54,080 nucleotides of DNA from Desulfomonilaceae bacterium (GTDB lineage Bacteria; Desulfobacterota; Desulfomonilia; Desulfomonilales; Desulfomonilaceae). Below are positions 10,337-18,799 of this stretch, in pieces. The stretch is taken from NCBI GenBank assembly GCA_041741735.1, contig JBGSJS010000059.1:1-54080 (forward strand). Reading direction: 5' to 3'. The translations under genes and the position numbers were made by a program. The notes beneath the pieces were generated by a model that was not told the DNA's origin, ran no database searches, and saw nothing but the letters and a program-made list of their open reading frames with translations. Positions within the stretch are counted from its first letter, which is position 1, and the number at the start of each line of letters is the position of its first letter.

Positions 10337-11290
10337 ATGAAAGCCCTGGTATTCGACGAAGAATTGAGGCTCAAGGAGATCCCCAAACCGCAGATCCCTC
10401 CGGGAGAGGCACTGGTTAAGGTTCTCATGGCGGGCATATGCAACACCGACGTGGAGATCAGCCGGGGCTACATGAATTTCAAGGGAGTTCCCGGACACGA
10501 GTTTGTGGGAGTGGTGGAGAGCTCGCCTGATGCAGAGCAGGTCGGAGCCCGCGTCGTGGGTGAGATTAACGCCGGTTGCGGCGAATGCTCGTCGTGCAGG
10601 GCATCTATGGCGCGCCATTGCCCGAACCGGACGGTGCTGGGCATATTGGGCCGGGACGGGGCCTTTGCAGAGTATCTCACGCTTCCCGCAGAGAATCTCA
10701 TCCCGGTGCCCGACAGCGTCTCCAATGAAAAGGCGGTCTTCACCGAGCCTCTCGCCGCGGCGCTGGAAATCCTCGAACAAGTGAAGATAAGGCCTGCCGA
10801 TCGGGTGCTTGTGATCGGGGACGGCAAGCTGGGGCTCCTCATCTGCATGGTGCTGCGTCTCACGGGGTGCCGGTTGACTTTAATGGGAAAGCATCCGGAA
10901 AAACTGAAGCTGTTTGGGGACATGGGCGGGGAGGTCATCACGCCGACCGGGCTTGCTGAAACTGCGGCGCGATTTGACGTAGTCGTGGAAGCATCAGGCC
11001 ATCCCTCCGGTTGGAGCACTGCGGTGCAGCGAGTAAAGCCGCGCGGCATTCTGGTTTTGAAAAGCACCTATCATGGCGACCTCTCGTTCAATCCCGCGCC
11101 CCTTGTCATCAACGAGATAACCGTGGTAGGCTCTCGATGCGGCTTGCTCGCTCCTGCTTTGAGGCTCATGGAGAATGGTCTGGCCGACCCGACGATCCTG
11201 CTGTCGGAGGTCTTTCCCTTTTCGGAGGCGGAGAAGGCCTTCAAGAGATCCCAGAACGCTGGAGTGTTTAAAATTCTCCTGCAATTCTGA
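10337..11290 (+). CDS. Zinc-dependent alcohol dehydrogenase (MDR superfamily).
   Basis: MKALVF...GICNTDVEISRG...GHEFVGVVE..G...C..C..C (structural-Zn Cys cluster), then the GDGKLGLL Rossmann motif. GGGAGGAG SD 7 nt upstream of the ATG at 10337. The track ORF started 18 nt earlier. Confidence 0.9.
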   Translation: MKALVFDEELRLKEIPKPQIPPGEALVKVLMAGICNTDVEISRGYMNFKGVPGHEFVGVVESSPDAEQVGARVVGEINAGCGECSSCRASMARHCPNRTVLGILGRDGAFAEYLTLPAENLIPVPDSVSNEKAVFTEPLAAALEILEQVKIRPADRVLVIGDGKLGLLICMVLRLTGCRLTLMGKHPEKLKLFGDMGGEVITPTGLAETAARFDVVVEASGHPSGWSTAVQRVKPRGILVLKSTYHGDLSFNPAPLVINEITVVGSRCGLLAPALRLMENGLADPTILLSEVFPFSEAEKAFKRSQNAGVFKILLQF

Positions 11291-11358
11291 ATGCAACGAC
11301 ATTTGGCATTGATTTTTCGGCCGGCGCCGGGTAGAATGACAACGCTGAGGTGATTGCA

Positions 11359-11619
11359 ATGAAACGTGTCGTGGTTGTTTGTTTGACCCTGATCGTGGCC
11401 CTTTCCGTGGGTGCGGCGGTCAGTCTCGCTCAAAGTCCGATGCCCGGTCCCGCCGCTGCCGGTCCGGTTCAAGCCCCACCTGTTTCAAAAGTTCACCCGA
11501 AGGCGGCGTACGGGTACGTTCCTCCTCCCCCCATCCTTCATACGTGGCCCGGTGGCTACAAGGTCATCATTCACGAGATGACCAATACCCTCATCGATCA
11601 TATTCTCGGCAAATACTAA
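11359..11619 (+). CDS. Small secreted Pro-rich protein (hypothetical).
   Basis: Signal peptide MKRVVVVCLTLIVALSVGAAVSLAQSP; GAGGTGA SD before the ATG. Confidence 0.4.
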   Translation: MKRVVVVCLTLIVALSVGAAVSLAQSPMPGPAAAGPVQAPPVSKVHPKAAYGYVPPPPILHTWPGGYKVIIHEMTNTLIDHILGKY

Positions 11620-12380
11620 TCCGCAGAGTGATGCGTCCGCAGAGTGATGCGTCCGCAGATGAAGAGGCAAAGCGCCTGGAGTTTCCAGAGGACTTTGCAG
11701 GGTGCGCCGTTGCCTCCGTACGTTTTCTTGTTCTTGAATCTGCGCAATCTGTGGATACTCTTGATCTTCAGACAGACTTCATCCGCAGATGACACAGATG
11801 GAAAGACAAAGGCTTAAGGTCTCCGGAGGCTATTACCGGAAGATGTGTATGAATAGGCCTGGTGTGGACACCTGTGTCGGCTCTTTTGCCTTCCTAATCT
11901 GCGTGTATCTGCGCAATCTGTGGATAGTCTTCTCTGGATTTTCCGAAAAGATCTCATCCGCAGATGACGCAGATGTCCACAGATGAAAAGACATAGGCAA
12001 CAGAAGTTTGCTGAGGACATTGCGGTCCTGTGCACTGTTGATGGCTTGGCGTGGGATAAGGCCGCCTCCGTAAGATCTTCTCTTCTCAAATCTGCGTGAA
12101 TCTGTGCAATCTGTGGATTCTCTTTTTCGGATTCTTGGGAAAGATTTGATCCGCAGATGACGGAGATGTTCACAGATGAAAAGACGAAGACAGTTGAAGT
12201 CTCCGGAGGCTTTTACCGGAAATGCGTATAAGCAGGCTTGGTTTGGACGTCTATGTAGGTCTTGTTGTTTTTGAGTCTGCGTGAATCCGGGCCATCTGTG
12301 GATTCATTTCTTCAGTGAAACAATCTCACCCACGGATGTCCCCGAGGTTCGTGGATGAGAAAACACAAAACGCTTGAACT
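11620..12380. repeat. Tandem array of ~4 units of a ~190-bp repeat, each with a conserved ~100-bp dyad-symmetric core; extends into the 5' region of the GxxExxY ORF.
   Basis: Core consensus: AATCTGCGTGTATCTGCGCAATCTGTGGATAGTCTTCTCTGGATTCTTCGGAAAGATTTCATCCGCAGATGTCACAGATGTCCGCAGATGGAAAGACA. Units begin near 11741, 11897, 12085 and 12270; the last is degenerate. The cores are separated by diverged ~90-bp linkers. Confidence 0.85.
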
Positions 12381-12732
12381 CTAGTCTAGGGCGGCCAAAA
12401 TTCAGCAGGAGTCCTCGCTTGAGATGTGTTGCCTTAAGGTAGTTCAGGAGCTGCGCTTCCTCGATTCCGGTGATCGCATTGAGTGCCTTCAATTCGACTA
12501 TCACCTCATTGTAGCAGACAAAATCGGCACGGTAGGAGCAGTTGAGCTGCTCGCCCTTGTAATAGACCGGCAACTCCACCTCGCGGGCGAATGGAATGGC
12601 TCGGGCCGACATTTCGATCGCAAGCGCGTGCTGATAAACGGCCTCCAGGAATCCTGCACCGAGCTGTCGATGAACCTCCATGGCCGCACCGATAATTGCG
12701 TGAGTCTGTTCGTCTCTTGCATCTGTACTCAT
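12304..12732 (-). CDS. GxxExxY family protein (PD-(D/E)XK-like), embedded in the repeat array.
   Basis: Start at MSTDARDEQTHAIIGAAMEVHRQLGAGFLEAVYQHALAIEM...VYYKGEQL...RADFVCYNEVIVELKAL...AQLLNYLKATHLKRGLLLNFG, a full match to the ~125-aa GxxExxY family. The upstream 76 codons of the track ORF are repeat-derived, so they are excluded. Confidence 0.7.
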   Translation of the reverse strand: MSTDARDEQTHAIIGAAMEVHRQLGAGFLEAVYQHALAIEMSARAIPFAREVELPVYYKGEQLNCSYRADFVCYNEVIVELKALNAITGIEEAQLLNYLKATHLKRGLLLNFGRPRLEFKRFVFSHPRTSGTSVGEIVSLKK

Positions 12733-12879
12733 CCGGGAAAAACCCAAATTCCTTTCTTGACCGGATGACGCCACCTCGGATAGGAGCGTTCTTATCCGTA
12801 GATTACGCAGATGATCGCCGCTGAGTAAAGAAGAAACCTTGGACATGGAGAGGCGAAGATCTCGTGATCGACCAGCGTC

Positions 12880-13300
12880 CTTTTGAGGCTGTGGGTTAGC
12901 TTCCGGATTCAGAGAGGTTTCATCCGCAGATGACACAGATGTCCGCAGATGAAAAGACAATGCGTTTGAAGCCGGGTCGAGAACAACTACAGTTTACGTG
13001 GACTTTCGCAACACACGTGTAACCACGCATTCGTTCCGGCTTCTTTAATCTGCGTGTATCTGCGTCATCTGTGGATACTCTTCTCTGGATTCTTCGGAAA
13101 GATTTCATCCGCAGATGTCACAGATGTCCGCAGATGGAAAGACAAGAGTGACTGAAGTCTCCGAAGGGCTTCTAGCGTCCGGCCAGGTCGTTGATGAATT
13201 TCCATCGCCTGACCGGAGATTCCGCGAGCTATTCTGCTTTTTGAATCCGCGTTGATTTGTACTGGTTCAGCGTGAATCGGACAAATCCGGTTTGGGTTTA
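12880..13300. repeat. Left copy of a ~350-400 bp direct repeat (two hairpin-core units plus a diverged linker) flanking the 13.3-18.8 kb segment.
   Basis: ~95% identical over ~350 bp to 18885-19265, including the stretch ...gaaagacaatgcgtttgaagccgggtcgagaaca(a/g)ctacagt(t/c)tacgtggactttcgcaacacacgtgtaaccacgcattcgttccggcttctttaatctgcgt.... Confidence 0.85.
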
Positions 13301-13540
13301 AGCTACTCCCGGCACCCTGTGTTCCGAGAGATTTGCCACGTGAAGAGACCCTGGGGCTCCGCCCCAGACCCCGGAGTTTTCTGAGGCATCAGGGGTCTAT
13401 CGCCCGATGGGTTTGGGAAGGGACGCGGAAGCAATGTCCTCCACGCCCTGCCATCGGTTCGATGAGCCCCACCGGGTTATTCCTCGACGGGTTGCCCTCC
13501 GGCAGAGCCCGTCTCCGCTTCACCCGGCACGATTATTTCA

Positions 13541-14238
13541 TCACGGGTGGGGCTCATTTGTCAACTCCTCGTGACGACGCTGCTTTCTCGTTTCGCGGGC
13601 TGCTTCGAGCTTTCGGTCACGAGCCGCAAGGATCTCAGGCGCTCGACCTTCCAGCATGGCTTTCGGCGTCACGTAGCCGATGGCGCTGTGCAGACGTACC
13701 CCGTTGTAATGCTCGATGTAACCTGCAACCAGGCGCTTGGCGTCCTCAAGTGAGAGCGGCGTGCCCGGCCGGATGCATTCACGCTTGAGGGTGCCGTGCC
13801 ACCGTTCGATTTTGCCGTTGCTCTGCGGGTAGTAGGGGGAAGTCCGGTCGGACCAGTACCGAACGTAATCTACCACCTCATCGCGTTTGTCCGGCTCCAC
13901 CCAAGACCTGTTCAGCTTTCCCCAAGACTTTTTTTTAGTGCCACGTGAGACTCCATGATCTCCGCGATCACCTCGTCCTTGTGGGCGATCTTGACCTTGA
14001 GTGCTCTGTTTTCCTTCTCCAGACTTCGTTCCTTGCCGTCCTTGCCTCGCTCGAAGGCGGCAGCCCCGTTCTCGAAGAACTCCTTCTGCCACTTGTAAAA
14101 CAACGTCGGGTGAAGACCCTGCTCGTCGCACAGGTCCGAGACCGGAACCTTCTCAACCAGATGCCGCCTGAGAATCCGCACCTTGTCCTCGGCTGAAAAA
14201 CTCCTCCTCTTTCTGGTCACGGCCAATTCCTCCTTCAC
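13541..14238 (-). mobile_element. Decayed IS3-family element: intact OrfA, a -1 slippery site, and an OrfB that keeps only the C-terminal part of the rve/DDE core.
   Basis: OrfA (complement 13912-14220, GTG start with AAGGAGGAA SD) reads MTRKRRSFSAEDKVRILRRHLVEKVPVSDLCDEQGLHPTLFYKWQKEF..., the IS3/IS911 HTH transposase. A8G slippery run lies at 13929-13936 (minus strand AAAAAAAAG). The OrfB frame continues ...SPYYPQSNGKIERWHGTLKRECI... (C-terminal integrase-core motif), but only ~35 aa separate the frameshift from it, so the D,D part of DDE is deleted. Terminal inverted repeats were not confidently located; a 13-bp inverted repeat TGAGCCCCACCGG/CCGGTGGGGCTCA lies at 13449-13552. Confidence 0.65.
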
Positions 14239-14596
14239 GGTTATATGCTAACCGATCATGGGGAATTGTCCAATTCCGACTGAAGCAAAACAAACAAACT
14301 TCATGTGCGGCAGCGGTTTTTTTGTTTTTTCTTCAATGATTTTTTGTCACGTGCGAGGTAGCATCCCGGGGCGGCTTCAACCTTTCCGTTGGCTGGACTC
14401 TATAGGGCTTTGGCAGTGTTCCGCGCCGCCGCGGGTCTTTTTGATTGACTGGGAACCAGTGGTAAAGTACGCTCAGAAAGAGGAAACAAAGCAGGCTTTC
14501 TCGGAAGGGTGATGACGGTTCTGACTTCCACCAGCCTTTTGGGGATACACATGGGCCCTTTTCTGGGTCAGAGGAACTATTCCGCGACCTATATTG

Positions 14597-14825
14597 GAGC
14601 GCTCTGAAAATTGCGGGAGAACGAAGCAAAACCATTGGCTGATTCGGAAGCATACGGATGGGCCGCCTGCGCTCCACTATCGGATGTGCCATAAGTCTCA
14701 GGCAGTCGGCCATGCTCTTGGATCGACCGAGCCCATCTCCAGCGATAATGCGGTCCAAGGCTCATTGGCTTTCAACTCGAACAATGCCGCGAATTTAAAT
14801 GAGCGGCACTATAGCACGGCGCAAA
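14597..14825 (+). ncRNA. Copy B of the dispersed conserved element, as the 5' leader of the radical SAM gene.
   Basis: See findings. Ends ~85 nt upstream of the rSAM ATG (14912). Confidence 0.45.
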
Positions 14826-14911
14826 CAGGCCGGGAACTGCACGGGGCCCCATAATTCCGGATTCCTGAAGTAATCGGATTTGTATCATGCTTCCATGGGG
14901 AGACGCGTTTC

Positions 14912-16501
14912 ATGAGAGTCCTGCTTATAAGCCCTAAATTCCCGTTGTCGTACTGGACGATGGAGCCCTCTTGCAGGATCTCCGGCAGCAAAACCTTCAT
15001 GCCTCCTCTCGGTCTGCTCACTGTGGCGGCCTTGCTGCCCCGGGAGTGGGAACTTCGGCTGGCAGATCTGAACGTGCGGAGCCTGCGAACCGATGACTGG
15101 ACTTGGGCCGATATAGTCATGATTTCAGGCATGTTCATACAAAGAGAAGGTGTGCTGGCAGTTCTCCAACAAGGCAAGAACCGCGGAAAGACCGTTGTTG
15201 TGGGAGGCCCGTACGCCACTTCTATGCCGTATGAGGTCCTGGAAGCCGGGGCCGATTTTGTCGTCGTGGGAGAAGGCGAAAACACCGTTCCATTTTTGCT
15301 TGCGGCTCTCCATGAGGGCAAGGCAAAAGCAGTGGTCAAGAACGAAGTCAAGCCGGAAATGAGCACGTCACCCGTTCCACGGTTTGATCTGCTTCGACTT
15401 GAAGATTACGCACTTCTCGCAATTCAGACTTCGCGTGGTTGCCCGTTTAACTGTGAGTTCTGCGATATTGTGAATCTCTTCGGCCGGAAGCCCCGCTACA
15501 AGAATCCAGACCAAGTCCTTCTCGAGCTGGATGCCTTGCACAATCTTGGATGGAGATCAGAGGTCTTTATTAGCGATGACAATTTTATTGGTAATCCCCA
15601 GCGGGCCGAGGCCATACTTGAGAAGATAATTCCATGGACAAGAGACAAAGTTGAAGAATTCACATTTTCAACACAGGTTTCGCTAAATCTGGCTAGGCAC
15701 CCCAAGCTGATGGACCTCATGTATCGAGCAAACTTCAGAGGGGTTTTCAGCGGTATTGAGACCCCTGACGAAGAAGTGCTCTTACGTAACCGAAAGTACC
15801 AAAACATAAGAAACCCGGCTGCGGAATCCGTTGCGAAAATCCAGAGCCATGGCATATCAGTGGTCGGCAGTTTCGTGATCGGGTTCGACGGTGAGAAAGA
15901 GGGCGCCGGTGACCGGATATGCTCTTTAGTAGAGCAAGCGGACATCCCTATCGTCATGATCGAGTTGCTGCGGGCGTTTCCCAATACCGACCTGTACGAC
16001 CGGCTTAAACGAGAGAATCGCCTCATCCAGGTGAGGAACATTGGCACCGGCATTGAAAGCGAGAGTCTGAACTATATACCCACGAGGCCTGAGGAGCAAA
16101 TATTGGCGGAGTATGCCACGTCGTGGGACTATCTGTACGACCGTTCACGTTTCCTGGCTCGTGCTTACAGGCATTTCCTCGCACTACCTCCTGTAGCCAA
16201 AAGTCCCCGGCAGTCAAACAAGTACCTTATCGCCCAGAATGGCCTGTCTTCGCGAGGGCGAGGCAGAAGAGGCTTCAACGAGGCTGTTGGTTTCACCCTT
16301 CTTGTCTGGTGGCAAGGCTTGAGCTCCAGGTGCAGACGTCAATGGTGGACCCAGCTTGTCGGTATGTGTTGGAAGAACCCGACCCGAGTTCGAGAGTATC
16401 TTATTGTAGCGGGATTCAGCGAGCACATGTTTCGGTTAAGAGGAATTATCGGAAAGAGATCTGAAGATGCAAGGAAAAACCAAAGCTCCACTGGAGGTTG
16501 A
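14912..16501 (+). CDS. B12-binding domain-containing radical SAM protein (class B rSAM with a DUF4070-like C-terminal region).
   Basis: N-terminal cobalamin-binding Rossmann region (LLISPKFP...PPLGLLTVAALL...VVVGGPYAT). The CPFNCEFC CxxxCxxC radical-SAM motif falls inside the ALLAIQTSRGCPFNCEFCDI context. 529 aa. The C-terminal ~90 aa are Arg-rich/low-complexity and overlap the convergent MNT gene, so the 3' end may be shorter. Confidence 0.85.
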   Translation: MRVLLISPKFPLSYWTMEPSCRISGSKTFMPPLGLLTVAALLPREWELRLADLNVRSLRTDDWTWADIVMISGMFIQREGVLAVLQQGKNRGKTVVVGGPYATSMPYEVLEAGADFVVVGEGENTVPFLLAALHEGKAKAVVKNEVKPEMSTSPVPRFDLLRLEDYALLAIQTSRGCPFNCEFCDIVNLFGRKPRYKNPDQVLLELDALHNLGWRSEVFISDDNFIGNPQRAEAILEKIIPWTRDKVEEFTFSTQVSLNLARHPKLMDLMYRANFRGVFSGIETPDEEVLLRNRKYQNIRNPAAESVAKIQSHGISVVGSFVIGFDGEKEGAGDRICSLVEQADIPIVMIELLRAFPNTDLYDRLKRENRLIQVRNIGTGIESESLNYIPTRPEEQILAEYATSWDYLYDRSRFLARAYRHFLALPPVAKSPRQSNKYLIAQNGLSSRGRGRRGFNEAVGFTLLVWWQGLSSRCRRQWWTQLVGMCWKNPTRVREYLIVAGFSEHMFRLRGIIGKRSEDARKNQSSTGG

Positions 16502-16739
16502 GATACTTGGGGTTAACTACATCCACCTTCCTCTCGCCGAGCAGAGATGACAGCTCTTCCTCAATATCCACGATTTCCCACCCGGGAGTGTGACCCGGAG
16601 CAAACTCGACAAGGAGATCCACGTCGCTGTCCGGTCTGAAATCACCTCGAACGGCCGAGCCAAAGCAGGCCATCCACCGAATATGACGGCTGCGGCAGAA
16701 TGCCGTGAGCTTTTCCCGGGGCACATTGAGGTGCATCAT
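16446..16739 (-). CDS. MNT-type nucleotidyltransferase (type VII/II TA antitoxin-like, Pol-beta superfamily); no HepT partner recognised.
   Basis: MMHLNVPREKLTAFCRSRHIRWMACFGSAVRGDFRPDSDVDLLVEF is the GS..RG...SD.DLLV minimal-NTase signature. Start at the first ATG (GGAGA SD upstream) rather than the upstream GTG used by the track. Confidence 0.65.
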   Translation of the reverse strand: MMHLNVPREKLTAFCRSRHIRWMACFGSAVRGDFRPDSDVDLLVEFAPGHTPGWEIVDIEEELSSLLGERKVDVVNPKYLNLQWSFGFSLHLQISFR

Positions 16740-17009
16740 CTTATCGGGTCTCCTGCGTGCTGGAAGTCTCACTCACTTGGATGCATTGATTGAATAGCAC
16801 GGCAGAGAATCACCATGATACGGCACCTCTCGCTGATGCCCTCTCTAACCGAGCTAGGCAAAAAGCAAGCCGTTCCCAATAGCTGTCCGGGGCTTGCACG
16901 TTTCTCTTTCCAACATCGAAGGAATGATCTAATGTTGAAGGAAAGATGCTAGTCTAAAGGGTTCGAGGGCCCGGGCTCGTACGCCAGAGGTAAGTTAAGG
17001 AGAAGTATC

Positions 17010-17744
17010 ATGGAAAATTCCGAACTGGATACTGTCCTCGAAGAGAGGATGCGTAAAGTATTGCGGCACTGGTCCCTCATATACGGAACGCCTCTAGCGA
17101 TAATCCTATTCGGGCTCAATCTGGCCTGGACCGAACTAGTTAGGCCTTCCATTATCAGGGCATATGCAAATGAAGCTGAAGCTGCGAGGGACCGTACCAT
17201 TGCAACTTCAAGAGAGACAAAGGAGATTCTCTTGCAGACCAAAGCTGACTTACTCGGAATTGAATCCATGAAGAAGCAGGTTCAAGAATCTTTGAAGGCA
17301 ATGAAAACTGGCAAGTTGGCGCAAGAAGTTGCTAAGGAACTTGCTGCCAATGACCGTTTCACTGAGAAATTCAAGACATTGAGCGCCAAGGTCAACAAGG
17401 TTCGAGAAGATGTCCACAACTCGATGGAGCAGCTCCGGGATGATATGAGGCTTGGATTTCGTTATGGGGTCATATCAGGAACTTCGTCGGGTACGCAAAC
17501 GGAAACGCACAAATTTGATTTTCCAGTGAAGAACTCCTGGGTGGAGCTTCCTTTTGTGAATTGCGTAGACTCGATTAGAATAGTTAATACAAAACAGTCG
17601 GAAGTTACTGTGGAAATCGTTTACCCTAAGGAAAGGCGCTGCAATGTGATAGGGTATTACAAGGTGTGGGCTACTTCATTATGGTCCGTTGGGTCCATCA
17701 ATTCGACGATGCGTTCGCTTTCTTCTCCGAAGGGCACCCAATGA
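17010..17744 (+). CDS. Hypothetical membrane-anchored coiled-coil protein in an AT-richer island.
   Basis: 244 aa. One N-terminal TM helix (LIYGTPLAIILFGLNLAW), a central coiled coil (EAEAARDRTIATSRETKEILLQTKADLLGIESMKKQVQESLKAMKTG...) and a C-terminal beta-rich region. AAGGAGAAG SD. Base composition is visibly AT-richer than neighbouring genes. Confidence 0.55.
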   Translation: MENSELDTVLEERMRKVLRHWSLIYGTPLAIILFGLNLAWTELVRPSIIRAYANEAEAARDRTIATSRETKEILLQTKADLLGIESMKKQVQESLKAMKTGKLAQEVAKELAANDRFTEKFKTLSAKVNKVREDVHNSMEQLRDDMRLGFRYGVISGTSSGTQTETHKFDFPVKNSWVELPFVNCVDSIRIVNTKQSEVTVEIVYPKERRCNVIGYYKVWATSLWSVGSINSTMRSLSSPKGTQ

Positions 17745-17953
17745 CCGCGCACTCGGCCTATGGCAGAGGGTAGACCGGTGCAAGTCCCTGTTGAAAAGAA
17801 TGTAACGTTTGATTTTGCCTCACGGGGTCCGTAACCGCTGTGTCCAAGTTGCGGCAAGACAAATTGAGTTTCTAAACCCATGGAACCATGTCGTGAACGA
17901 GGGCACTCCGGCCAATTTGGCCTGAGACAAGGGGAGTATCGGCTCCGGATTGT

Positions 17954-18349
17954 TTACCTCGCTGCCTTTCCCACGCTCTTGTCGGTCTCCAGCGTGTACT
18001 CGGCAATGAGCACTTCGGAGGAAATACCGAGGCCAGCGCAGAGCTTGCGAATCATGTCAATACTCAGCCCTCGTTTTCGATTCAGAACTTCGGCAACCCG
18101 GCCACGATGTCCGATAAAGGGTTCAAGATCCTTCCGGGTCAGTTCCATCTGTTCCATACGAAACTTGATCGCTTCGATCGGGTCCGGAGGGTCGATGGGG
18201 TAGTGCTTCTCTTCATAAGCCTCCACGAGAATCGAGAGTACATCCAGCTCATCGGACTCCCGTGTACCGGGTTCCGCGTCCCAGATCTCTTCAATTCTTG
18301 CCAAAGCAGCGTCGTAATCTTTTTCGGTTCTGATGGGTTTGACGTCCAT
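17954..18349 (-). CDS. higA: HigA-family antitoxin (HTH-XRE).
   Basis: MDVKPIRTEKDYDAALARIEEIWDAEPGTRESDELDVLSILVEAYEEKHYPI...IKFRMEQMELTRKDLEPFIGHRGRVAEVLNRKRGLSIDMIRKL matches HigA downstream of HigB. GGAGGTG SD 6 nt before the ATG at 18347-18349. Confidence 0.8.
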   Translation of the reverse strand: MDVKPIRTEKDYDAALARIEEIWDAEPGTRESDELDVLSILVEAYEEKHYPIDPPDPIEAIKFRMEQMELTRKDLEPFIGHRGRVAEVLNRKRGLSIDMIRKLCAGLGISSEVLIAEYTLETDKSVGKAAR

Positions 18350-18389
18350 GATCGCACCTCCGGGGTCGAAGGATACGCTCGATACCTTA

Positions 18390-18680
18390 GCCAGTAAGGG
18401 CATCGACCTCATCGTATTGCGCGTGAGCTCCGACAAATCGAATGAATACTAAGCCCTTGTCATATCTAATAGCCACTATCAAGCGGTAGTCATTGCCTTA
18501 TATTTTGAAGATCGCCCGGTCCTTCCCGATGGTACGAGCAGTGCGGAAATACCCTGTAATGTCAATCGGTGCTCTCCACTGAGCCTTCTTGGCTTCTCGG
18601 CACCAAGCACGCAACGGTTGTTCCGCATCTGGATGCTGAGCCCAAAACTCCCGGAGCGTTCTCACGGCAATGATTCTCAT
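18390..18680 (-). pseudogene. higB: HigB-family toxin interrupted by an in-frame TAA (nonsense) at codon 61.
   Basis: MRIIAVRTLREFWAQHPDAEQPLRAWCREAKKAQWRAPIDITGYFRTARTIGKDRAIFKI-TAA-GNDYRLIVAIRYDKGLVFIRFVGAHAQYDEVDALTG. The reading frame continues perfectly through the TAA at 18498-18500, sitting where HigB homologues have Lys (IFNIKGNDYRL), i.e. an AAA/AAG to TAA change. Confidence 0.7.
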
Positions 18681-18799
18681 AGACGGATTTTACTACGATC
18701 CCGCTTTGGGTGCAAGCCTGCTCGTGTTCTGATCCTCAACTGACACGGATGTTCACAGACGGCAAGAGGAGGGCAACTGAAGTTTGCGGAGCTTTAACC

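Noticed and set aside
9878-10780. 300-aa minus-strand ORF
   Set aside because: Antisense to the YjbQ and alcohol dehydrogenase genes, with no motifs.
11789-11986. Repeat-encoded peptides (e.g. 65-aa ORF ...FLICVYLRNLWIVFSGF...; paralogue at 18810-19043) and minus-strand ORFs 11814-12173 and 18982-19440
   Set aside because: They are generated by the repeat cores in both orientations. They show frame-breaking indels between copies and have no SD. The conservation is at the DNA level.
11620-13300. CRISPR array interpretation of the tandem repeats
   Set aside because: The period is ~190 bp. The conserved part (~100 bp) is far longer than CRISPR repeats. The linkers are related to each other rather than being unique spacers. 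No cas genes are present in the window.
13333-13788. 151-aa plus-strand ORF and other ORFs overlapping the IS remnant
   Set aside because: Antisense to, or overlapping, the transposase frames. Arg/Pro-rich composition.
16023-16426. Possible HepT partner for the MNT gene
   Set aside because: Translations of all minus-strand frames downstream of MNT lack the HepT R(x)4HxY motif. The region is occupied by the rSAM 3' end.
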